Shown here piece by piece: positions 55,505-64,000 of a stretch of DNA of 64,000 nucleotides. The notes beneath the pieces are model-generated. The model had not been told where the DNA came from. It did not search any database and was given only the letters and a program-made list of their open reading frames with translations. Numbering within the stretch: the first letter of the stretch is position 1; each line of letters starts with the position of its first letter. The position numbers and the translations under genes are program-made. The stretch comes from Geobacteraceae bacterium GWC2_53_11. GTDB lineage: Bacteria > Desulfobacterota > Desulfuromonadia > Geobacterales > Pseudopelobacteraceae. The stretch spans positions 83,422 to 147,421 of the forward strand of contig MGZJ01000041.1 in assembly GCA_001802645.1 (NCBI GenBank), written 5' to 3'.

Positions 55505-58500
55505 ATGGCTGCAGCCGACCTTTTGAAAATCAGAGCATTGAATGGAAGCAAACATTACTCATTCGAGGAGCTATGTTGCCAGTTGGCCTCATTGGAAGCA
55601 AGGCAGCCAGGAACGTCGTTTGTACGTAAAGGTTCTGGTGCCGACGCCGGAGTTGAGTGTTTTCTTCATAACGCAGACAATACCGAGATTGGTTGGCAGG
55701 CAAAGTTTTTCGATGGTTTCACATCAGGACAAGCCTCTCAATTAACGGAATCATTTTCCCACGCCATTGAAAAACATCCAAGATTAATAAGATACATTGT
55801 TTGTTTGCCAATCGATCTCAAAGATGGGCGAACCGGAAAAGAGAAATCGGAAGGACAGCGCTGGGAAGATTGGAAAGCTGCTCGTCTTAAAGAAATAACA
55901 AAGCTAGGTCGCACGGTAGATATTGAGCTTTGGCAAGCAACAAATATCCGGGAGAGACTATACCGTCAAGACCCGTATTATTCTGGAAGAATGCAGTTTT
56001 TCTTTGATGAGTTGCATTTTTCAACTGAATGGTTTCTCAGCAAATTCAGAATTTCCTGTGATGTTCTAGGAGCACGCTATACCCCGCAATTTCATGTTTC
56101 GTTACCGATCAGGCAATCCTTTTTGGGAATTATGCGTGATGTAGCACTTGACGACCAGCGTACAGTGTTAGTTCAACAACTTCACAAGAAGTTTAAGTCG
56201 TTAAAAACGACTCTGATCAGTACACCATTGCCGCAAACAACACTTCAGTCACTGAATGAGCATGGGCAAAAATTTATTGAATCCATGAGGGGACATTTTT
56301 CAGTTGCAGAGGATTTCCCGCTAACAGAGTGGAGGTCATTGGTTGATGATTTGAATAATGTGGTTCGTGAATGTTTCGAGTTCCTATGGCCACTTGACAA
56401 GGAGGATGTTGACGACTCCATAAGGAAAACGAGTCGTACGGCTCTCAACTCGTTATTCGAATTCAAGAATTCAGTTAGTGACCTCAACGAGGTTCTTCAT
56501 AGCAAAGCCTGGAAACTGGCAAACGAGCATGCAGTATTAGTTTTTGGCGATGCCGGAGTTGGGAAGTCGCATCTGTTGGCTGATATAGCTGCCGACACCA
56601 TTAAAAACGGGTGTCCCGCCATTTTGCTGATCAGCAGCCAGTTCTTTCCACAAGACCCCCGTACCCAGATTTTAGAGCATTTGGATATGCGCGGATTGAC
56701 GTTTGATGCTTTTCTTGGTGCCTTGGATGCCGCAGGCCAGGCTGCGGGACAACGTGCTGTGATTATGATTGATGCGTTGAACGAACGATACGGCATTGAA
56801 TTGTGGAGCGAGCATCTTGCGACACTAATTAGTGAAGTGAAGCGGTTCCCACATGTTTCGCTGATCGTTTCATGTCGATCCACCTATCTAAATGCACTGT
56901 TTCCTGCGGATTCTCCACTCTGCGAAAGCCTACCACGCATTGAACATCATGGATTTTCCGACGATGGTGGACGTGCTGCGCGTGCGTATTTGGCCCAACG
57001 GAACGTCGTGCGCCCGAGTGCTCCAAACTTATTACCTGAATTCAATAATCCACTATTTCTCAAAACATGCTGTGACAGCCTGGATAACCAGGGTTTAAAG
57101 GAGTTTCCACGAGGCGTACAAGGGATATCACAGTATTTCAGCTTTTATCTGCAGTCCTTGACCAAGGCAATTGAAACACGGATGAGATTGGATAAGTACC
57201 AGAAAATTGTCCAACGTGCATTGGACGGGCTGACCCAACGCATGCTATCAACATGCTCTTCATATCTCCCTTTAGATGATGCAATCTCCTGTTTGGAAAC
57301 CGTGTTGCCGTCAATGGGGCAACAGGATCGAAGCTTGGTGAGTGAGCTTGAGCATGAAGGCATCATAACGATTGAGCCTGTATATACTGGAACAAATCAG
57401 CTTGAAGAGCAGGTGCGTTTTACCTTTGAACGTTTCAGCGACTTTCAGATTGCCTCATATTTGCTTCAGACCCATCTTCAAAATTGCCATTCTTTGCGAC
57501 CGCTGGAAGCCACCAGCCCGCTACAGCTCTTTTTGGAAAGGGACGATATTTATCGCTTCGCTGGTATTGTTGACGCATTGGCGGTTATCCTGCCAGAACA
57601 AGCGGATATCGAGTTCCCTGAGCTATTTTCGGAAGAAGACTGTAATTGGGTTATTGAAGAAGCTTTTTTGAATAGCCTGCTTTTGCGCCGACAGGATAAG
57701 TTCACGGAGAAAACAAAAAATCTCGTAATACAGTATTCAAATAGACACCAGAACCATTGGCTGACAACGTTAATTGCAGTAACCACAGGACCGGACAACC
57801 CTTTTAACAGCCGTTATCTTCATGACAAACTGGCACCGCTCACTATGCCGGAACGAGATGCCTACTGGTCTGTGCCAATAGCAGAGCTCGGCCTGGAAGA
57901 GGGTTCTCCACTCGACATACTGCTTTGCTGGGCATTGGAATCAGGTTTTGACGATATTGAACCAGTACGCGCTGAGTTATCGGCAATTGCCTTAACATGG
58001 TTGTTCTCAACATCACACCGAACTATTCGGGATCGAGCCACAAAATCACTGTCAGCATTGCTCGCGCCGCGTTTGGCATTGGCATTCACTCTGATTGAGC
58101 GCTTTCGACTTGTTGATGACCTTTACGTCATTGAGCGAATGTTGGCTGCCATTTATGGTGCGGCTCTACAGGCTAAATCTCATGACGGGGTAGCTGTACT
58201 AGCAACGGCGGTTTATGACTGGCAATTTGCAGATGGTAAACCGCCTGCTCATGTACTGTTACGCGACTATGCTCGTGGCATTGCCGAATATGCAAACTAT
58301 TTGGGTGTGTTACCTGCTGGCATTGAACTGGAGCTGATTCGTCCACCATATAGCAGCGATTGGCCAATTGAGTATGTTTCAGAAAAAGAGCTGGAAAAAT
58401 ATACAGATAGTCGTGATGCCTACAGAGATGAAATTGTTCAATCAGCTGGCAGTGAATGGACCGGAGATTTTGCCAAGTATATATTGCCCCGGTTGTCAGC

Positions 58501-58561
58501 CACTGGACGGCAACCCCCCTTGGCAATAGCGCTGCATTGTCCCCGTTCGAGGCTTTCATAA
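55505..58561 (+). CDS. Large NACHT/STAND-like P-loop NTPase with N-terminal Mrr-like PD-(D/E)xK nuclease motif (candidate defence protein, N-terminal part)
   Basis: N-terminus: FEELCCQL...GSGADAGVECFL...EIGWQAKFF (D/E...QxK). Walker A VFGDAGVGKSHLL (about nt 56540-56580) and Walker B AVIMIDALNE. Followed by about 600 aa of helical sequence. The region is AT-richer than its flanks. Confidence 0.6.
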   Translation: MAAADLLKIRALNGSKHYSFEELCCQLASLEARQPGTSFVRKGSGADAGVECFLHNADNTEIGWQAKFFDGFTSGQASQLTESFSHAIEKHPRLIRYIVCLPIDLKDGRTGKEKSEGQRWEDWKAARLKEITKLGRTVDIELWQATNIRERLYRQDPYYSGRMQFFFDELHFSTEWFLSKFRISCDVLGARYTPQFHVSLPIRQSFLGIMRDVALDDQRTVLVQQLHKKFKSLKTTLISTPLPQTTLQSLNEHGQKFIESMRGHFSVAEDFPLTEWRSLVDDLNNVVRECFEFLWPLDKEDVDDSIRKTSRTALNSLFEFKNSVSDLNEVLHSKAWKLANEHAVLVFGDAGVGKSHLLADIAADTIKNGCPAILLISSQFFPQDPRTQILEHLDMRGLTFDAFLGALDAAGQAAGQRAVIMIDALNERYGIELWSEHLATLISEVKRFPHVSLIVSCRSTYLNALFPADSPLCESLPRIEHHGFSDDGGRAARAYLAQRNVVRPSAPNLLPEFNNPLFLKTCCDSLDNQGLKEFPRGVQGISQYFSFYLQSLTKAIETRMRLDKYQKIVQRALDGLTQRMLSTCSSYLPLDDAISCLETVLPSMGQQDRSLVSELEHEGIITIEPVYTGTNQLEEQVRFTFERFSDFQIASYLLQTHLQNCHSLRPLEATSPLQLFLERDDIYRFAGIVDALAVILPEQADIEFPELFSEEDCNWVIEEAFLNSLLLRRQDKFTEKTKNLVIQYSNRHQNHWLTTLIAVTTGPDNPFNSRYLHDKLAPLTMPERDAYWSVPIAELGLEEGSPLDILLCWALESGFDDIEPVRAELSAIALTWLFSTSHRTIRDRATKSLSALLAPRLALAFTLIERFRLVDDLYVIERMLAAIYGAALQAKSHDGVAVLATAVYDWQFADGKPPAHVLLRDYARGIAEYANYLGVLPAGIELELIRPPYSSDWPIEYVSEKELEKYTDSRDAYRDEIVQSAGSEWTGDFAKYILPRLSATGRQPPLAIALHCPRSRLS

Positions 58562-60048
58562 AATTTACAGAATATGTTTCAGAAAATGGGACAGATGCCC
58601 AGCGACAACATCTCTCCGATCTCCTCGAATTTTGTAGGAAGTGTTTTAAAGAAGATCTGAAAGATAATTCTGACGACGAAAGTGATAAGTCGGATATATC
58701 TACTCCCATAAAAATCAGGTTTGTCTCAAAAAGTGACGACTATTGGCAGCGTAGAAAGGAGAATGAAGAGCGGTTCAAAGAGCTTGAAAACGCGCTACTC
58801 GATGTCCTTGATAATAATTTTCAGTACAATTATCAAACGTGCGCACGGCATTATCTATCAGGGTTGATAAACGGTTATACGAGTGATAGACCTGATTCAT
58901 TTGATGTGTTATTGGCACAACGATGGGTATGCAAGCGGGCTCATGAATATGGCTGGTCAAATGAGTTTTTTGGAGAATTTGATAAACGAATTGGCACTGG
59001 GAGAGGCCGCAATGACAAGCATATAGAGCGCATCGGCAAGAAATACCAGTGGCTCGCATTATATGAATTGCTGGCTCGAATGGCTGACAACCTGATCTAC
59101 AAATCCAGTTTCAGTGATGAAGCTGAAGCATATAAAGGATCTTGGCAAATTTCGGAACGAAATATTGACCCCTCTTTATTGATCAAAAAAACTCAAGATG
59201 ATGGTTGGAAGAAGCATCCGGCAGTGTGGTGGTCGCCGGTGTCGCTTCGGTTGAAACACTTGAATAAAAGCGAACAGCAGCTTTGGCTGGACAACGATTC
59301 AGATCAACTCAACTGCGCTTCATTCATTGATGTAACTGAACCATTGAGCGATCAACGCTGGCTGGTGCTGAAAGGATTCAAGCATTATGGTACGCCATAC
59401 GATATGGGCTCGCACATCGACTCTTGGTGTCGTATCTGGTGTATTGTGCTTCCGAAAAATCAAACGAAGCGATTTATTGCTGCAATTGCTAAACAGACTT
59501 TGATTGATACTCATGCATTGCCTACAGCAGTCCACCTGGGAGACTCCTTTGTTGGTGAGTATCCTTGGCATCCAGCGTGCTCAATTGAGGACGAATGGAA
59601 AACCACCGACTGGCACACCGGATATAGTGGCAAAGTATTGCCAACAGTTTCGGAAATTGAGAAGGGGACTGGAGGGTATGACTATTCTCTGGAGCAAAAT
59701 CTAAGTTTTTATCTTCCAGCACCATGGATTATACAAAAGCTCGGCATGCAACTCGTAGATGGGCGGGAATTGTGTTTTGCCAATCATTCAGGCTTGACGC
59801 TATTTAAAGACCCTTCGATTCATGAACTGGGGCCAAGCGCAGCGTTGATAGATAAGGCAGCATTTATTGAACTGTTGGAGAAAGAAAGCTTATCTCCGGT
59901 ATGGATTATCGCCGGTGAAAAAGGAGCTTATGGAGAGCATACCGACGATTTTGTCGGGCGACGAGTGCACTCCTTTGTTTATGAATTGGATGTCACCAAC
60001 ACTGTTGTATGCACAAAGCAGTATGTGACGCATGAAAGACGACACTAA
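58456..60048 (+). CDS. Unknown-function protein: either the C-terminal continuation of 55505..58561 (frame-shifted) or a separate partner gene
   Basis: Overlaps the preceding ORF by 106 nt in the -1 frame and has no RBS before ATG 58456. No recognisable catalytic motif. Contains ERIGKKYQWLALYELLARMADN. Confidence 0.5.
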   Translation: MDRRFCQVYIAPVVSHWTATPLGNSAALSPFEAFIKFTEYVSENGTDAQRQHLSDLLEFCRKCFKEDLKDNSDDESDKSDISTPIKIRFVSKSDDYWQRRKENEERFKELENALLDVLDNNFQYNYQTCARHYLSGLINGYTSDRPDSFDVLLAQRWVCKRAHEYGWSNEFFGEFDKRIGTGRGRNDKHIERIGKKYQWLALYELLARMADNLIYKSSFSDEAEAYKGSWQISERNIDPSLLIKKTQDDGWKKHPAVWWSPVSLRLKHLNKSEQQLWLDNDSDQLNCASFIDVTEPLSDQRWLVLKGFKHYGTPYDMGSHIDSWCRIWCIVLPKNQTKRFIAAIAKQTLIDTHALPTAVHLGDSFVGEYPWHPACSIEDEWKTTDWHTGYSGKVLPTVSEIEKGTGGYDYSLEQNLSFYLPAPWIIQKLGMQLVDGRELCFANHSGLTLFKDPSIHELGPSAALIDKAAFIELLEKESLSPVWIIAGEKGAYGEHTDDFVGRRVHSFVYELDVTNTVVCTKQYVTHERRH

Positions 60049-60080
60049 CGCCAGAAAGAATCTGTGCATAAGGCACCCCA

Positions 60081-60506
60081 GTGAACCCTTTTAAAAACCT
60101 CCTCTCAAAAGCCCCCTCCCCTCCCCCCGCAACCTCTGGCAACAAAGGTACCGGCGAACTGGGCGAAGAGGTTGCGACAAATTTCCTGATCGCGCGCGGC
60201 TACCGGATCGTGGAGCGCAACTTCCGCTGCAAGGGGGGCGAGGTTGACATCATTGCCAGTGATCCGGGGGACAAGAGCCTGGTCTTCGTCGAGGTCAAGG
60301 CCCGCACCGGGCTGTCCTACGGCGTGCCGCAGCTGGCGGTGACCCCGTTCAAACAGCGCCAGATTTCCAAGGCGGCGCTGACCTGGCTCTCGAAAAAGAA
60401 GCTGCATGACACCAACGCACGGTTTGACGTTATCGCTATTCTGTTGCATACTGGCGGCCAGCACGCCATCGACCATATCAAAAACGCTTTTGACTTGGCA
60501 TATTGA
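60081..60506 (+). CDS. yraN: YraN-family (UPF0102) endonuclease-like protein
   Basis: GELGEEVATNFLIARGYRIVERNFRCKGGEVDIIA...LVFVEVKAR. GTG start. Confidence 0.8.
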   Translation: MNPFKNLLSKAPSPPPATSGNKGTGELGEEVATNFLIARGYRIVERNFRCKGGEVDIIASDPGDKSLVFVEVKARTGLSYGVPQLAVTPFKQRQISKAALTWLSKKKLHDTNARFDVIAILLHTGGQHAIDHIKNAFDLAY

Positions 60507-60520
60507 CGAGAGGTTGTTTT

Positions 60521-60697
60521 ATGAAGGCGCAAACCACTCATGTAGTTGTGCTTGATCCCTTGAAACAGATGAACTCATCGATTGTTGCCAAAAGTCGCAG
60601 AAAACTGATCATGGAAATCAGCCAGAAAGTGCGGACTGAAAGCATGAAAGTTAATGCCGAGTTTAGCGTCATTGAGGACACCCAGAACGATAACTAA
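60521..60697 (+). CDS. Small hypothetical protein (58 aa)
   Basis: ATG 60521 preceded by GAGAGG. No recognisable motif. Confidence 0.25.
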   Translation: MKAQTTHVVVLDPLKQMNSSIVAKSRRKLIMEISQKVRTESMKVNAEFSVIEDTQNDN

Positions 60698-60752
60698 GTA
60701 CGAAGAATATGCGATTAGTTTCAGGTAATGTATTACAATTTTAGGAGTTGTC

Positions 60753-61601
60753 ATGGATTTCACCGCCGTTCTGGCGCAAATCAAACCCAAGCTCGGCTGC
60801 GTTGCCGACAATCTGGCGCTCATCGAAGAAGAGATCGCCTCGGCGCAAGCAGCGGGAGCAGACCTGATCGTTTTCCCGGAACTGGCTCTGTCCGGCTATT
60901 TCCTGAAAGACCTGGTACCCGAGGTTGCCCGGCGCATCGATGCCCCCGAAATCCTCCGGCTGATCGAGCTTTCCAAAGACATTTCCATCGCCATCGGTTT
61001 TGTCGAAGAGACCGATGACTATCACTTTTTCAACTCGGCTCTCTACCTGGAAGACGGCGCCATCCGCCACCTGCACCGCAAGGTATACCTGCCAACCTAC
61101 GGGTTGTTCGACGAGCAGCGCTACCTGGCCCGTGGCGAAGCGTTCCGGGCATTTGACACCAAATTCGGCCGTTTCGGCATGCTGATCTGCGAGGACATGT
61201 GGCACCTGTCCGCCTCCTATATCCTGGCCATGGACGGCGCAACGACGCTGCTCTGCCTCTCCAGCAGCCCGGCGCGCGGCATCGAAGGGGACTCGCTCGG
61301 TTCGGCTTCGGCGTGGCAAAAGCTGACCTCGACCACCGCCCTGTTCCTCAACTGCCGGGTGCTCTACTGCAACCGGGTCGGTTTCGAGGATGGCGTCAAT
61401 TTCTGGGGAGGCTCGGAATATATCGCCCCATCGGGAGAATCGGTCGTGCGCGGCGCACTGATGGAAACAGACCAGGTCACTGCATCCGTCAATGAGGGTG
61501 CACTGCGCCGGGAACGGATTTTTTCGCCGATGATGCGGGACGAGAACCTGTTCGTGACGATGCAGGAACTGGGGCGCATCGCCCGTGAAAGGGGGCGCTG
61601 A
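60753..61601 (+). CDS. Carbon-nitrogen hydrolase (nitrilase superfamily), probable glutaminase partner of NadE
   Basis: The Glu, Lys and Cys contexts ([26 protein letters not shown]) match the CN-hydrolase triad. Its stop overlaps the nadE start (TGATG). Confidence 0.8.
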   Translation: MDFTAVLAQIKPKLGCVADNLALIEEEIASAQAAGADLIVFPELALSGYFLKDLVPEVARRIDAPEILRLIELSKDISIAIGFVEETDDYHFFNSALYLEDGAIRHLHRKVYLPTYGLFDEQRYLARGEAFRAFDTKFGRFGMLICEDMWHLSASYILAMDGATTLLCLSSSPARGIEGDSLGSASAWQKLTSTTALFLNCRVLYCNRVGFEDGVNFWGGSEYIAPSGESVVRGALMETDQVTASVNEGALRRERIFSPMMRDENLFVTMQELGRIARERGR

Positions 61602-62422
61602 TGTCCGCACTGGTTGCCAATACGGATTTACTGAGAAAACTGCTGGTCGGCTTTGTGCGGGATGAAGTGCGCAAAGTCGGCGTCAGCAACGTGGTACTGG
61701 GACTGTCCGGCGGGATTGATTCCGCCCTGGTGGCGTTCATCGCCGCCGAGGCACTGGGGCCGGACAACGTCCATGCCATCTGCATGCCCTACAAGTCCAG
61801 CAACCCGGAGAGCGAGGCGCATGCGCGGCTGGTGGCCAAGGCATGCGGGGTCAATTTTTCGGTAGTGCCGATCACGCCGATGGTGGACGCCTATTTCGAC
61901 CTGTTCTCCGACGCCAACAACATGCGGCGCGGCAACAAGATGGCCCGTGAGCGGATGACGATCCTGTTCGATCATTCGGCGCTGCTGCGCGCCCTGGTGC
62001 TTGGCACCAGCAACAAAACGGAACTGCTGCTGGGCTACGGCACGCTCTATGGCGATATGGCCTCAGCTTTGAACCCGATCGGCGACATCTACAAAAGCCA
62101 GGTTTGGCAGCTTTCGGAAGCCATGGGCGTTCCGCAGGAAGTGATCGACAAGAAGCCCTCCGCCGACCTCTGGGCCGGGCAGACCGACGAAGAAGAGCTT
62201 GGCTTTTCATACCGCCAGGTGGATGAACTGCTCTACCGCATGGTGGATCAACGCTGGACAAAGGCGGAGCTGGTTGCCGGCGGTTTCGAGAGCGAGTTTG
62301 TCGAGTCGATCTACGACAAGATTCAGAATTCACATTTCAAGCGACGCCTGCCGGTCATCGCCAAGGTGTCAAACCGCACGATCGACCGCGATTTCAGATA
62401 TGCGAGGGATTGGGGCAAATGA
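61601..62422 (+). CDS. nadE: NAD+ synthetase (synthetase domain only)
   Basis: [12 protein letters not shown] is the N-type ATP pyrophosphatase SGGxDS motif. 273 aa. Confidence 0.9.
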   Translation: MSALVANTDLLRKLLVGFVRDEVRKVGVSNVVLGLSGGIDSALVAFIAAEALGPDNVHAICMPYKSSNPESEAHARLVAKACGVNFSVVPITPMVDAYFDLFSDANNMRRGNKMARERMTILFDHSALLRALVLGTSNKTELLLGYGTLYGDMASALNPIGDIYKSQVWQLSEAMGVPQEVIDKKPSADLWAGQTDEEELGFSYRQVDELLYRMVDQRWTKAELVAGGFESEFVESIYDKIQNSHFKRRLPVIAKVSNRTIDRDFRYARDWGK

Positions 62423-62760
62423 CAAATTGGGCCGACAGCATCCCCGTTTATTCAACAGAATCTGGGCGAATAAAACAGAAACAGAACAGTTCCGCAGCAA
62501 AACCGGCGCCCCAGATAAATGACGGTTTTGTCCGGCTGCGCCGCGAAGTTAAAGGGCGCGGCGGCGGCACCGTAATCGTCATTAACGGCATAATGCTTCC
62601 GGCGCATGAGCTTAAGGAACTTGCAGGAACGCTCAAGAAAAAGTGCGGTTGCGGCGGCACGGTCAAGGACGGCATTATCGAAATCCAGGGCGATCATCGC
62701 GATACGATTGCGGCAGAACTACAGGCGTGCGGTTTCAAGGTAAAGCTGGCAGGCGGATAG
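62410..62760 (+). CDS. yciH: SUI1/YciH translation initiation factor-like protein
   Basis: [20 protein letters not shown]...[24 protein letters not shown] is the SUI1 signature. Confidence 0.8.
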   Translation: MGQMTNWADSIPVYSTESGRIKQKQNSSAAKPAPQINDGFVRLRREVKGRGGGTVIVINGIMLPAHELKELAGTLKKKCGCGGTVKDGIIEIQGDHRDTIAAELQACGFKVKLAGG

Positions 62761-62787
62761 GTATACCGCATATTATTTAATAATTCC

Positions 62788-62816
62788 TTGACCTATTAAA
62801 GATTATCACCTATCTT
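62788..62816 (+). promoter_or_regulatory. Candidate sigma-70 promoter upstream of tRNA-Leu
   Basis: TTGACC, 17 nt, TATCTT. Confidence 0.3.
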
Positions 62817-62879
62817 TATAAATCTTTTTATCCAGGCAAGCTAAAACCATGATCAATCGTTTCATGGTTCACGACAGAT

Positions 62880-62964
62880 GCGAGAGTGGCGGAATTGGCA
62901 GACGCACCAGACTTAGGATCTGGCACCTCACGGTATAGGAGTTCAAGTCTCCTCTCTCGCACCA
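62880..62964 (+). tRNA. tRNA-Leu (anticodon TAG)
   Basis: GCGAGAGTGGCGGAATTGGCAGACGCACCAGACTTAGGATCTGG... with a long variable arm, T-arm GGAGTTCAAGTCTCC and an encoded CCA. Confidence 0.95.
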
Positions 62965-63041
62965 TCCAAATTTCCCGATGTTTGTTTCGTAAGTTCTTCA
63001 CATGCAAACATTACATTTCACCATAGAAGAGGATAGCCATC

Positions 63042-64000
63042 ATGCAGGTTCACGTCGAAGACATCAGTTCGGTTCAGAAGAAAGTTACCATCGAAATTCC
63101 CGTTGCACAGGTTAACGAAGAAATTGACAAGGCGTATGCCGCAATCCAGAAAAAAGCCAAGCTCCAGGGTTTCCGCCCCGGCAAGGCACCGATGCAACTC
63201 ATCAAGCGCACCTACGCCGATGCCATGCGTGACGACGTCATGCGCCGCCTCTATCAGCAGACGCTCTACAAGGCGCTTGATGACCACAAGGTAGAGCCGA
63301 TTGATTCTCCCGTTATCGAGAGCGATATCCTTGAACCAGGCGTTCCGTTCAAATACAGCGCTCTGTGCGAAGTCATGCCGCAGATCCTGCTGAATGAATA
63401 TACCGGCCTTGTCGCAAACAAAGAAAAGTTTGCCCCGAAACCGGAAAACGTCGATGCAGAACTGAAACGTATGCAGGAAAATATGGCGCAATTGATTCCG
63501 CTTGATGAAGGCGCCGCTATTGAAAATGGCCACACTGTTTCTGTCGATTATTCTATTACCGTCGAAGGTTCACCTGAAGAAAACAGCGGCAATCAGAGTG
63601 CTGAGGTTGAAGTTGGCTCCAACCGTCTGCTGCCAGGCTTTGAAGAGCAATTGATCGGCCTGAAAGCCGGCGACTCCAAGGAGTTCACCCTCGATCTTCC
63701 GGCAGGAGACGAAGCTTCGGAAGAGGCTGCAAAAAAAGGCATTTTCAGCGTTACCGTTAAAGAGATCAAGCGCAAGGAACTTCCAGAACTGGATAACGAT
63801 TTCGCACAGCAGTTCGGCGAGTACGACACCATCGAAGACCTGCGGGCCAAAATGGTAGAGTATCACGAGAAGCATGAGAAAGATCGCATAGAGAACGAGT
63901 TTAAAGAACGCGTCATCCAGGATCTGATCAAAAGAAATCCGTTAGATGTTCCCGAATCAATGGTAAAGCGTCAATTGGATCACATGTTTGAGAACCTGAA
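63042..64000 (+). CDS. tig: Trigger factor (5' part; continues beyond the window)
   Basis: My own translation from ATG 63042 gives MQVHVEDISSVQKKVTIEIPVAQVNEEIDKAYAAIQKKAKLQGFRPGKAPMQLIKRTY..., which is canonical Tig. It is absent from the ORF track because no stop codon falls within the window. Confidence 0.9.
   Translation, partial: MQVHVEDISSVQKKVTIEIPVAQVNEEIDKAYAAIQKKAKLQGFRPGKAPMQLIKRTYADAMRDDVMRRLYQQTLYKALDDHKVEPIDSPVIESDILEPGVPFKYSALCEVMPQILLNEYTGLVANKEKFAPKPENVDAELKRMQENMAQLIPLDEGAAIENGHTVSVDYSITVEGSPEENSGNQSAEVEVGSNRLLPGFEEQLIGLKAGDSKEFTLDLPAGDEASEEAAKKGIFSVTVKEIKRKELPELDNDFAQQFGEYDTIEDLRAKMVEYHEKHEKDRIENEFKERVIQDLIKRNPLDVPESMVKRQLDHMFENL

Noticed and set aside
60741-61610. 289-aa minus-strand ORF
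   Set aside because: Shadow ORF opposite the CN-hydrolase gene, whose catalytic-triad contexts are clear on the plus strand.
63018-63533. 171-aa and 89-aa minus-strand ORFs at the window end
   Set aside because: They are antisense to trigger factor, which I translated by hand from ATG 63042. The track omits tig only because it has no stop within the window.

Overview
GC-rich chromosomal window, about 90% coding, with a gene content typical of Geobacter/Desulfuromonadales-like Deltaproteobacteria (an inference from content, not a database hit). The supplied ORF track uses ATG/GTG/TTG starts and gives the longest ORFs, so I trimmed several starts to positions with visible Shine-Dalgarno sequences. 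It also misses trigger factor, which runs off the 3' end.

Main blocks, in order:
- TetR-UbiB pair.
- Cobalamin-riboswitch-led operon cobU-cobT-cobS-bzaF-like-bzaC-like-B12/radical-SAM-cobC (lower-ligand synthesis and attachment).
- Chemotaxis cluster: a large MCP, three tandem PstS-like binding proteins, and two convergent paralogous MCPs.
- GEMM-I (cyclic-dinucleotide) riboswitch leading HTH-EAL/HDOD(-MCP).
- tRNA-Arg, then housekeeping genes.
- Group-1 [NiFe] uptake hydrogenase (small, large, cytochrome b) with a sigma-54 promoter. It lies divergent from a sigma-54 activator whose sensor is a [FeFe]-hydrogenase-like (HydS-like) domain.
- ppk1.
- A 2,013-aa OmpB-like multicopper oxidase with tandem Ig-like modules and a C-terminal dockerin, followed by a lipoprotein with a possible cohesin-like domain.
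- Helicase, pfk, aor and others.
- vapBC, then an AT-richer island encoding a roughly 1,500-aa Mrr-like-nuclease/NACHT-STAND NTPase. It is split into two overlapping ORFs and is my top candidate for an undescribed defence system.
- yraN, a split nadE, yciH, tRNA-Leu and tig.

I saw no CRISPR array, transposase, integrase or rRNA.
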